A model generated the notes under the pieces. It had not been told where the DNA came from, did no database searches, and saw nothing but the letters and a program-made list of their open reading frames with translations. The position numbers and the translations under genes were made by a program. A stretch of 64,000 nucleotides of DNA from Pocillopora damicornis. Its lineage: Eukaryota. The stretch lies in assembly GCF_003704095.1 (NCBI RefSeq), contig NW_020844976.1, positions 62,001 through 126,000 of the forward strand, read 5' to 3'. This document shows positions 1 to 10,766 of this stretch, piece by piece (position 1 is the first letter of the stretch; each line of letters starts with the position of its first letter).

Positions 1-5
1 TTCAG

Positions 6-1116
6 AGGTATGTCATCTCCGATGAACAAGGAACAGTTCCTGAAGCAGTTTGACAAAATCGTGACGGGAATTGTGGACAACAAACAAAGGGTACGAGATG
101 CTTAAGAGTTAAGCGAATTACATTCCCAAGGAACGCAAAGCGCTTTAAACCAGATACACGAGATAGTCTATAACATGTTTAAATCGTTATGTTATCTTGA
201 CCGTCTCAATAATTCTGCACCATTATTTCCCGAGCTTCCCGCTGGGGTTGCGCGGTTTCCTACGTTTGTTGCTGTTACCTGTTTTCCCGCCAATTTCTCT
301 TTTGATTTGTGTTCCCAATCTGAGCAATCATATATCTTTGTTTCAGATTGAGAAGAAGAAAGCTGTTGAGAAACAGCGTAGAGACGCCTTGAATCAAAAA
401 TATCTAGAGATAGTGGAGCAAGAGAGATTGTACTTCAAAACAGTTAAAGATTTTACGGAGGTAGGCTTTGGCGTGGTTCCACTGTGTTTTGTTTTCGCGC
501 GATTTAATTTTAAAAAGACGCTTGCGTTTTAAGCGCGGGAAAATTGGCACGTGAACCAATTACGATTGGTTTTGGGAATACAACGGTCGAACGTTGAGCA
601 TGCGTAGCTGTTTCAATTTTTCCCAACCGTGCGCCACGCGCAAAATATTGCAGGAAAACAGAAACCACTGTTTCTCACAAACTTCACGATAGAAATTAAA
701 GACTTACAGAAATCTGTAAAAGAAAACAAAGGTTTCCTGTTACTTAATATTTTGTTTTGAGCTGTGCTTAAAAAGGTTCCTAAACACCGTGTCTCGCTGG
801 CTTGTGCGCATGTTTCCAACTTCTTTCAGACAACTTGGTTGTGACAGCCTTAGAGCACTATGTTCGCCCGCTATTTTGGCTCTCTTGTAGCTATGTCAAC
901 TTTTGCTCATGCGCATTCATTTGACCGCTGTGTATGTTTTAGATTTGTGCCTAGTTGAGGAAAACCACAACATTTCTTGTCAGCTCATTGAGCTAAGCTA
1001 GCGTTGTATAAATGATGCAAATTGTCTTGATCGATTTTTGCGTCTTTTTTTACTTGTAGGAATGTCGCAAGAATGAGGTCCTCTTATCCAAGTTCAAAAG
1101 TCTTCAGATTTCTTAG
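6..1116 (+). CDS. CCDC93: Coiled-coil domain-containing protein 93 (CCC/Commander complex), last three exons; 5' part lies outside the window
   Basis: GT-AG exons 6-90, 347-460, 1060-1116 give [84 protein letters not shown]. This matches the recalled CCDC93 C-terminus ([34 protein letters not shown]). Confidence 0.9.
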
Positions 1117-1965
1117 TTCCTAAAAGGTGTTTACCATGTTTACAAAAATCTGATCTGTTTTAAAACTTGCCTTGTAAAAGGACACGAGAAGCCAAGTTTG
1201 GTACACAGTGCTGTTTCGGAAAAAGTACAGTTTAATTTTATTATTGGAGTAAAAGACGAGGGTAAAGTCATTCACAAGAACGAAATACTTCATTAAAGAT
1301 TTTTATTCAATTAATGTTTTCATCAGTCTTGGTTTATTTTGTGTGCCTTTTTACAACGTCAAATACCATGGCCAGTGTATCATATTTTCTGCCATTTTCA
1401 GCAAAACACGTTAAAGGAGAAGAATCTGATTAAATATAGAGCCAAAAAGGTAACCATGTTACTGATTTATAGAATATAACGAAACTATAATAGAATCGGT
1501 ATCTACCATAATGTAATCATCTGATCATCATTCGGCGAAAAAATATCCAACATAATGAAATACTCAACTGAACGTTTTGATTCTGTTACTTCCCTTGGAA
1601 ATAACTTTGCTGATTTTACATCTTTGATCGTCTTTATATCCTTAATATAAGGAACGAGAGCCAGTTACAAGATCAAGTTAGCCATTAAACTATTTGTTTC
1701 AGAGGGTCATGAAGTCATGCAACGCATTGAGTCGGACAGAAGTTCTATGGGATGTCACGCAGCGCCCCAACTAGTTTTGGGAGCGTTTTGAGACATCCTA
1801 AAGGACGATTGCGAAGGAGACCAGTTGCACAGTTGTTATTGTTGTTTTTTTTTTTTTTATCGATTTTGGAAATCACCCTCAAATTCAATTGTATTGGAAG
1901 ATTGATCACGTTTTTCTCTTGTATCGTTCTGTTTTTGTAAAACTAACATGAAAACGTTCACGGGT

Positions 1966-3678
1966 TCACACAATGAAAATCTTGTTACGCGATTTGCTTG
2001 CTATGGCCACGTGACCATCTCTGGTAATAGTTGCTCCCCCGGAAGAATATTTCTCGTAAAAGTAAACTTTCCTGATGAAGTGACCTCTAGTGTCAAACAT
2101 AATCAAACTGTTACTCGCTCGATCAACTACAGAAATTTCGTCCGTATGAGGGTTAAACGCGATTCCTGACGGATTAAACAAATTGGGGATATCCCTGTGC
2201 GGCATGCTAAACCGGGTTGGGTGGACTGTGCGCGATTTGAAACTTGTGTCATTGGCAGCCCGTTTGGAAACGCAGAACACTCCATTATTGGCCGTGATGA
2301 TTAAATTGCCAGCAGTTGTCACGCAGAGGTGTGACTCATTCGCCTGAGTGAACTCTCCTGTCAAAGTAAAACTACTCAGGAGGGTTCCATCTGTAGTTAG
2401 CACAAAAACTGTTTTCTGACAGAGAGTAAAAACCCTCTCTCTGTTTTTATCCACTGCAATGCTGGTGAGCTTTCCTTGATTGAAGCCAGACACGCCCCGT
2501 CCGAAGCTCCAGAGGAATTCCCCTTGTTCATTAGTAGAGATGACTTCGTTAATGTAATGACCACTGAGCGCCGACTTGTAGCTGCTGCAGATGTACAGCC
2601 GATCCAATTTATCAACATCGATACTCTGCGGGTGAATAAGGTTTGCATCCACTAAGTCTTCGTGAAAAGTTTGTAAGAAAGCCAATTCGCACATTCGTTG
2701 GCTCAAATTACCATCTTTTGAAAACACTTTCACCTGGAAGTTGTAACGATCAGCGATGATGAAAGATCCACTGCTGTTTATAGCAACATCTACAGGACCG
2801 TTTAATTGCGCCGGGCCACCGCCAAATTCACCAAACGTCCAGAAATAACCGCGACAGACCTCCCAATTCTGAACTGGATGGATTTTGTGCCATGAATCTG
2901 CGGGAATAGCTGGCCAGTTTCGTAACACATCATCACCCTTGGACGAAAGATGTAAATACTCCCACAAAATGCGATTTATGGCAACCACTGCCCCAATAAC
3001 AGCTTCTCGTCGCATCTCACAAAACAGCCTTCGCATGTTGAATCGACCAAAACGCACAGAAAATGCCTCGCGAACTTCCGGTAAACCATTCAGTTGCTCA
3101 ATGTAATTCTTGCACAACACAACGGCGACTTCCGGTTCACTAATGTAATGAAGCATCGTCGCCGCAGCTCTAAATTTCATCGCCAAAACTCTGTCGTAGA
3201 TATCCAATGCTTCGTTACTGAAAGCTTTGGTGGCACTTTCGGCTGCCTTTTTGAAGAAATCCTTTGCTTCCACAAAAAACTTGTTTTCGCAATCGATTTT
3301 GTTAAACTCCAAGCCATCGGAAATCAAGTGTAGAACTTCCCACTCGTCTAACTCGATATTTGTAACATCAGTGTTCACGAGACTGATGTTATCAAACTCG
3401 TCCCTGTAGACTTCAGTTTGAATGCTTGAACTGGCATTGGCGAAGCTCTGGTACATCAAGCTCACTCCGTCCTTGAAGAAATTGGCAGAGGTGATCAGAT
3501 CTACTTTACACAATCCCTCAAGCTTCTCACGAATATCCGTGAGTTCACGAACGATGAATTCTCTAAATCGCTCATCGCTTACATCTCCATGTCTAAGATT
3601 CTCCGCGCCCTTATCTCTTATCTTGCTAAGCAAAAGTCTAAATGTTAATCTCAGAGTATCACCGACTACAGACGCCAT
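1966..3678 (-). CDS. Intronless 570-aa protein: uncharacterised helical N-terminal domain plus C-terminal NHL-repeat beta-propeller (TRIM71/brat-like repeats, no RING or B-box)
   Basis: Single long ORF. NHL-type repeats include FGEFGGGPAQLNGPVDVAINSSGSFIIADRYNFQVKVF, HPQSIDVDKLDRLYI, and LFNPSGIAFNPHTDEISVVDRASNSLIMFD. The N-terminal ~270 aa look helical. Confidence 0.85.
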   Translation of the reverse strand: MASVVGDTLRLTFRLLLSKIRDKGAENLRHGDVSDERFREFIVRELTDIREKLEGLCKVDLITSANFFKDGVSLMYQSFANASSSIQTEVYRDEFDNISLVNTDVTNIELDEWEVLHLISDGLEFNKIDCENKFFVEAKDFFKKAAESATKAFSNEALDIYDRVLAMKFRAAATMLHYISEPEVAVVLCKNYIEQLNGLPEVREAFSVRFGRFNMRRLFCEMRREAVIGAVVAINRILWEYLHLSSKGDDVLRNWPAIPADSWHKIHPVQNWEVCRGYFWTFGEFGGGPAQLNGPVDVAINSSGSFIIADRYNFQVKVFSKDGNLSQRMCELAFLQTFHEDLVDANLIHPQSIDVDKLDRLYICSSYKSALSGHYINEVISTNEQGEFLWSFGRGVSGFNQGKLTSIAVDKNRERVFTLCQKTVFVLTTDGTLLSSFTLTGEFTQANESHLCVTTAGNLIITANNGVFCVSKRAANDTSFKSRTVHPTRFSMPHRDIPNLFNPSGIAFNPHTDEISVVDRASNSLIMFDTRGHFIRKVYFYEKYSSGGATITRDGHVAIASKSRNKIFIV

Positions 3679-3743
3679 GATCGAGCGTAATTCAAATGCA
3701 TACTAAATAAGGGCAGGGGATATATGTATATATCCCTTGATAA

Positions 3744-3870
3744 GGGGAACCCCTTACTGGTTAAGAAACATATGTCATGTTTTTGAAGGGGAACGCCCAC
3801 TTATTTTGGTCTAAGAAAAGAAACTGGAATAGAAAGGTGAGCAGGAGATCTATTTTCAGTTTTCATTTTC
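3744..3870. promoter_or_regulatory. Candidate kB and IRF-element motifs upstream of the NHL gene
   Basis: GGGGAACCCC (3744-3753) fits GGGRNWYYCC. A second near-kB site GGGGAACGCC lies at 3788-3797. Minus-strand GAAAATGAAAACTGAAAA (3853-3870) contains GAAANNGAAA. Motif match only. Confidence 0.35.
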
Positions 3871-4403
3871 ATATGAAAGTTTCTTTGATGATCAAAAAAT
3901 TTCCATTTGTTTACGAAGCTGAACGGTCTAGCGGCGACTTTTCTGATTATTTTCCTACGGTGGATACGGTGGATACGGTGGATTACCCAGTAAGGGACTC
4001 GCACTTTGACCTTGAGATTACGTCACAGGTCGTAACAAGTCTGGAACAGCTACAATGTTTAATTCATTTGTAAATTTCCTTATTTGGTCGTGGGGCTTGA
4101 AATAAGTTTGTATTTGACAAGAAGTCCCCGTGATTCGAACTGGGAGGGTAGGGTAGAAAATGACCAGAATTTCAAAAGTTCTCCGACATGGCTCAGAAGT
4201 TACAAAAAATATATAAAGAGAAAAATAGAAAATAAAGAAGATACATATTTCATATAGTTTTCGGTCTCTTGCATCAGAATCAAGTCACGCTAAGTCACGC
4301 GATTTACTCTTCAATGATAATCCTTACCCGAGAAGACTGGGACGAAAGTTGGTCTAGGAAGTACAGACTAAACCCTCGCGTGAAACAATACATTTTATCT
4401 AAC

Positions 4404-7400
4404 ATGGAAAAAGTTGCTCTGGTAGGTTTTTTGTCTGTCCTTATATAAAAAAAAAAGTGTAGCTGATCTTTTTTACTTTCAGATGAGTACATTCGTTTTG
4501 TTTTTTATTCAAGAGGCAGTCATCTGTTTTGTAACCTTCCACCTACATCGATTAAGGGGATGCAACGAGGCCTGTTCTGGATGTTTAACTTGATCCTAAA
4601 ACTTTCCACTTCGCGAACTTTCATATTTGTCGCAAATGCACATTTTGGCCGTAGGAAATGGCATTATGCGTTTGGTAGCCATGCTTGTCAAATTTCAAAA
4701 GCTGATGGTTATAAATTATATCCTTGCTTGCTACTGTATTAGTGTCGTTCGTGATTTTTGTGATTCAATCCTCTTTACTTTACAGGTGACAGGCGGTAAT
4801 CGTGGCATTGGCTATGCTATTGTTAAGAGATTGTGCAAAGAGTTTGATGGAGTAGTTCTCTTTACTGGTAAATTAGTTTCACGAGTAATTTGTCTTATGA
4901 GATATTCCAATTTTTCCAAATTTTATAATGTTGTCAGGATAATATTTTTTGTTAGTCTACATGTGAGTGGAATTGGCTGTATTATCTAGCAGGTTGAGAA
5001 TCAAAAGATATAACTATAGCCTTGGTTCTACTAGCTCGTGGACCTTGTTTAAGGTTTTTTAATTAATAGTTGATAATGATAATGGTGATGATGGTTATTA
5101 AATGATGTTGATGACAATGAACATATCATACCGGATCTTTACTTAACCAATGAGGGCTAAAGATAAATCACATGTATTACCCAATTTTTACAGCAAGGGA
5201 TGAGACTACTGGTTCAAAAATCTGTGGTGAACTTAATAAGGTATTAAATGTAACAAATATTCAGCACCATCAACTCGATATCACATCCCAGGACAGTATC
5301 AACAAACTCTACACTCACGTTCAGAAGACATTTGGGGGATTGGACATATTGATAAACAATTCTGGTGTCTTGCTCAAGGTGGGAACTTAATGTATTGTAA
5401 GGTATTGGCATTGGCCCATGTTAACCCCTTAACTCCTGAGATCTGATTGTTAGTTCTCTCTTCTAGCTGCCACACATTTCCTTGTAAATAAGTTCTGAGA
5501 ATTTGGTGTTAGATCAAGATAACAACTTTTACCTAAGACATTTGAGTATTCTCATTACCATGCACACTGGATAATGCATGGATATTGTAGGGAGAAGTTA
5601 CTTGTTAATCACTTCTGGGAGTGAAAGGGTTTAGTAGTTTTTCTAGACATTTTGTTTATCATCAGTAACCTTCATTTGGTGCTAAAATTTGTGCAGGTGT
5701 TTGTCCATAGAAGTGTAGAAACAAATAGTTTAGCAGGAGTGAAGCTCAAGGAAAACTGTGAGCTTTGCAATTATATCAGCATTTTCTATTATCTTCAATT
5801 ATATTTCAAACAAAGCCTTCTCCCAAATCAAATGTTAAGTTTGTAAATTTATTAATATAAACTGAGAAATATCTCTGGTGTTCCCCTGTTTTCGTTGGGG
5901 CACATTCCTCCATGTGACGCATTTAGACCAATAGCATTGGAGTAAAGCTATTTTATGGATAGCAATGAATAATGTATAATTTCCAGATATTTAATTGAGT
6001 TTAATTCAGTTTACTGGTGTAATGGGAGGATGTTGGGAGAACACAAGAAAAGTGTTGTCATGTTGAGTCCATCAGGAGGTTAGTCCCCTCCCCCCCCCGC
6101 CCTCCTGTCCCTTTCTAACATTTCATCAATATTTCCATGACATTCCACTGGTATCCATTAATTTTTCTGGGTATAGGAAGGCAATATAGGAGTAAGGAGT
6201 CAGAGACAGTCAAAATCAGAGTAAATATTCAAAGTTATTGATTGAATCCAACAACAGAAAACTGTGCCGTATGTTGAAAGAGCTGAGACAACTATAGAGA
6301 CAAACTATTTTGGAACACTGAACATGTGTAAGAGCTTCTTCCCTCTCCTTCGACATCATTCCAGGTATTCTTTCTAACTAAGTGATATTATTCTTTATAA
6401 CAGCTGTACAGAATTTTTACACAGGCCAAAATGGCCAGGAATCACATTTTATGTCACTGTCAACTTTGTTGGTTGAATAGTTCTTATTAAGTGACTGCAA
6501 GGTCTGTACTGCAAGTAACAGACCTAGTTATTCCACCTTCAGTTTATGACCCAAGAGCACTGCATGCTCAGCATGTTTTCAAGGAACATCGTAGTTCATG
6601 GTTTACTGTTTTTCCTTTTTGTTTGTTCCATTTTAACTTGTCAGGGTGGTTAATGTATCCTCTGGGCTTGGAGACTTGCGTTGTGTTTCACCAGCACTGC
6701 GAAAGAAATTTTCCTCCCCAAATCTAACTGTTACAGAGATTACATCTCTCATGGAAAAATACAGGAGGTACTTTTCAAGTTTATACGAGACAAATTAAAA
6801 TCACTTTAACCTGTTGATGCAATGATAATTTTGATCATGCATTATTTAGAAGTTGTTTGCTCATTAACTTGGAGTTATTATTTAAATTAGTGTCCCATGC
6901 AAGTTCAAACCCACATTCAGTGTGTTTATTGGTAATAACATGAATAATTGTCTGGCTATTCCACACTGTGATGTTTTATATTTGGATGTGGAGGATGTTC
7001 TCTTGTCTCTTTTTACTATTCTCTTTTGACTATATTTCATCATAAAAACCCTGCACAGATGATGTTAGAAATCAGTAGCAGTGTTCAGCCCCACTTTGTG
7101 ATCTTGTTGAACATTATTAATATTGTTCAAAGACAATATTCACATTCTTTCTACAAAGGGTTTTTCAATTTTAAGTCTTCCTCTCTGGCACAGGACAGAG
7201 CCATGGGGTGACTTAGAGTATTGCTACCTTCTCTATCCCTGGATAGGATGCTAGTTCATCATAGGTTAAACCCCCCATCCCCACCCCACCCATAGCTTTT
7301 TGTCAGATTTCCTAGACAGTTCCCCAGTATCCATTTCTACTTCAGGGTGTAGAGAGGGACTGAAAGAGTTAAGTGTCTTACCCAAGAACATAACACAACA

Positions 7401-8563
7401 ACTCCAGCCTGGACTGGAGGGAGACTTTTAAATTGGAAACCTTATTTGAAAGCTATTATGGCCACAAAGGCTTCTTAGTGGAATTTACAGTTACTCTTTC
7501 CCATGGGGTATTACATTTGCATACTGTCCTTTCAGTAACTGCACAAATGGCATTAATTCTGACTAGCATATATTTTCAATTCTGAGGAAATTCTTATTTT
7601 CTCCCATAGGGATGCTAAGGAAGGGAAGGTGACAGAGAATGGTTGGCCAGATGATTCTTCCTCATTCACTCCAGGTGAATGATATATATATATATATTAA
7701 TTTACTTTCTAAACTGACTTGAACACACTACAACTTCAAACACTATTCATCTCTCTACATTGTTGTCATAAAAAGTTCAAAATCAATATTTTCTCATATC
7801 TGGCAACAATCACAACTGAACTGATTTTGAAAATAATTCTCAACTCAGCTTACAGTGTCTCCAAGATAGGCGTAACAGCTTTGAGTATGGTACAAGCAAG
7901 AGAATTAAAAAATGATCAGCGTGAAGGAATATTGGTTAATGCTGTGAGTATTGAAAAGATAGACAGATCCCTTTTTCTGTGCCTAAATTGTGCTAAGAAA
8001 TTTGTGTGTTCTCTAAATCCTGTTATAACATAACGGCCAATTTATGACAAATTTAGGTCTGTCCTGGCTGGGTGCGAACTGACATGGGTGGCCCTAATGC
8101 AGAGCGAAGCCCAGAAGAAGGTTAGTTCACTATTTATATAAACTTTTTTCACAATTTTCCTTTCCATTCTCTTTTACTCTTTCCCTTTTTTTGTTTTTTT
8201 TTGTTTTTTTTTTGGTCCCATTTTCTTTCTTTGGCTTTCACTCTGTATTTTTTTCTCTATTCTCTCTCCAACCCTAGTGGCAGGCAACCTGCGATGAATA
8301 ATCATCCCTTTAGGAGAAGTCGACATTTTTCTTGTTATTCCAAGCTACAGAAACCACAGATAAGCATTCTCAGTGATGGGAAATAATGTCCTAAAGATTT
8401 ACCCCCATTTTTAATCCATTTATACCTGTCCAATTCTATTTACTTTTCCTCAGGAGCAGACACTCCAGTTTATTGTGCCCTTCTTCCCAAAGGAACAACA
8501 AGTCCTAATGGAGAGTTTTTGCAAAACAGGAAAATTGTCCCTTGGCTTGCAGGCAAATTATAG
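4404..8563 (+). CDS. CBR1: Carbonyl reductase [NADPH] 1-like SDR (CBR-A), 9 exons, ~282 aa
   Basis: Exons 4404-4421, 4786-4867, 5194-5378, 6258-6364, 6645-6767, 7610-7674, 7849-7943, 8057-8120, 8454-8563. Motifs: TGGNRGIG, LDILINNSG, RVVNVSS, catalytic YSVSK, VCPGWVRTDMGG, EEGADTPVY. The symbol indicates family, not one-to-one orthology. Confidence 0.9.
5421..5633. mobile_element. ~210-bp MITE with TTAA-CCC(C/T)T termini (piggyBac-like, non-autonomous)
   Basis: Starts TTAACCCCTTAACTCC and ends GGAGTGAAAGGGTTTA. Internal sequence is shared with copies at 8619-8831, 27537-27740 and 63500-63686. Confidence 0.75.
7200..7415 (-). mobile_element. Degenerate SINE-like interspersed repeat in a CBR-A intron
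   Basis: CCTGGATAGGATGCTAGTTCATC...GAGAGGGACTGAAAGAGTTAAGTGTCTTACCCAAGAACATAACACAA resembles, from memory, the reverse complement of tRNA-derived SINE cores. A more decayed fragment lies near 6065-6200. Confidence 0.45.
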
Positions 8564-8618
8564 TAATTTGTTTGAAAAGCCATACTTAGGTTTTTGCATA
8601 ACATGCTTGCTAAAGAGA

Positions 8619-8831
8619 TTAACCCTTCAACTCTCATGATCTGATTATTGATTCTCCCCTGTAGACTGCTACACATTTCCTTATAAATCAGTTATAAGAA
8701 TTTGGTGTTGGATCAAGACAAAAACTTCTACCTGTTAAGTTTGAGTATTCCTATTACCTGTTTGCTGGGTAGTGTATAGATATTGTTGGGAGAAGTTGCT
8801 TGTTAATCACTTCTGGGAGTTAAAGGGTTAA
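8619..8831. mobile_element. piggyBac-like MITE in the CBR-A 3' region
   Basis: TTAA-CCCTTCAACTC...GAGTTAAAGGG-TTAA, with intact TTAA at both ends. Same family as 5421-5633. Confidence 0.8.
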
Positions 8832-10766
8832 ACTTGATTCATCTGTACCAGTTAGTTCGTTTTGATTGGCAGTTGAAATGTGAACGATAGCATTTTTGTT
8901 TATCATTATTCGGGAATTTTTAAAAATTTATTTTTTAGGGGGGAGGGGTAGGGGTAAAAACTACTTAAGGAAGATAGCGATAGAATGTGACCGAAGAGTA
9001 GTTTCTCACTTCAGTGTGTGGTACCAATAAGTGTCAAATAAACTTTTGGAAAACAAATATTCTCGCAGCATAATGAAACACGCTAAAGACAAAATGGAGG
9101 CTTGATTACTAGAGCTCAAAAGCTTGGTTTGACCATAAATGGATGTAGCTTTGTTATAAATTGTTAGGAGGATTCTTGCGTGTGTATGTGAAGTGTTGTT
9201 GTTTGAAATAACCATTCACTTTCCATTTGTCACTTACAACTGTTTTGTGTAACAGATACCTTCCTCAGAAAATAAAACTTTCGCTTCAATATTAAGAATT
9301 CTTTTCTTAAGTAAAAACCATCTTTTGTAGACTCAACAATAAATGAATCATGCTCGTACAACACTTCCGAGAAGACTTTGGTGGTAAATTTGTTCTGTTT
9401 TCTCTCTTAATTCTTACGAATGTCTTCTTTGCGTTTGTATCAAAACCTAGAAGAATTTTTTGTCTCGTCGACTGAGACTTACTTTGTATTTGGTATTTCA
9501 GTTACCAAGTTGAATTTTCATGTACGCTGCCGCTGTGATTCGATATGATTTGACTTTAGACGAGCTAATCCCTCGTATTCGCTGGTAAAATAATTTCGAT
9601 CGCAAAACTGAGGAGATTTTTATTATGCACTTTGGTTGTAACCAACAAACATGCCCTGTCAAATGAGAGTACCTTCAACGAAAACTGAGTAATAATAACA
9701 AAGAAAAGTACCAAGAAACGAGTAGCGAAATAACAAATTCTGGAATCGTTTATTTGCTTGAGTTTTGTGTTATGGCACAGTTAGGCAGATGATGTAACGA
9801 TTTAATTCCCTGTCGTGCGTCAAAAACATGTGGTATTCAACTTTAGAAAACACCCGGCAACTTCGGTGATACAGAACAGTCGAACGCACAAACGTTATGA
9901 CTTTTGAAACATTGAGTTTGCCTTGGTTTTTAGCGAGATATCGATAAATGATTGTGTCGCGCAAAAAGAAAGTTTATTTGCTTCTGTCGTGGATGAAAAC
10001 GTTATCAAATGACTTGGAACTTAGAGACGTGAAAAAGGTGGGGGCAGCTTGCCTTTAAAACGAGTTGCTGTAAACAGTTCAGTGTGCTGAAATCGCTTGA
10101 TCAATAAATAATGTAATACGTACTTGCGAAACGTTTCTGACGACTTTAGCGATTGAATGAACCAAAAAGAAAGGAAATATTGGTCCAATATCACTCCCAG
10201 AATGTCCTTAACGATGTGATTTGATGAGGTTAAAACAAACCGATTAATTTACGAGCACAATGCGAGGAAACGTCTGCGAAACAATACGTCCATCTGCTGA
10301 ATGAGTTCTGTTTTTTTTTATCTTCTAGTTGTTACTCCTTTTTCTTCCATGTGGTATATCTTTAAAAATTACATTACAGCATTTTGTTTAATTAAGAGCA
10401 CTTTGTTTTCTTATGAGAATTTTCCGCCCAATTTCCGGCAGGAAAACTGGAATGAAAGCAAATTAACTTCGAAATGGTTATTTTGCTATTCATTCGTAAC
10501 AAGTTAAAAATTGTTTAACTTTACAGCGCGAGGAAATTTCCTCGAACTTTTTTTATTTAAACCTTTAGCCAGCATGGCACCGGGATTAATTAGACGGGAT
10601 GTAACAAAGACTGAAGGATTAGTGGGCAAACAAAGTGCAATTTTTATGTTAATAGTTTTCAGATTTAATATTGCCCTGAAAACTGCTTTGTTTATTTTAA
10701 ACACTTGTGAATATAGACCTCTCCGCTTACATCGTAGCCATTTCGTTTTATAGTTCTCCTATTCTT

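Noticed and set aside
3958-3983. (GGTGGATAC)x3 short tandem repeat
   Set aside because: It is a short slippage repeat with no further support for function.
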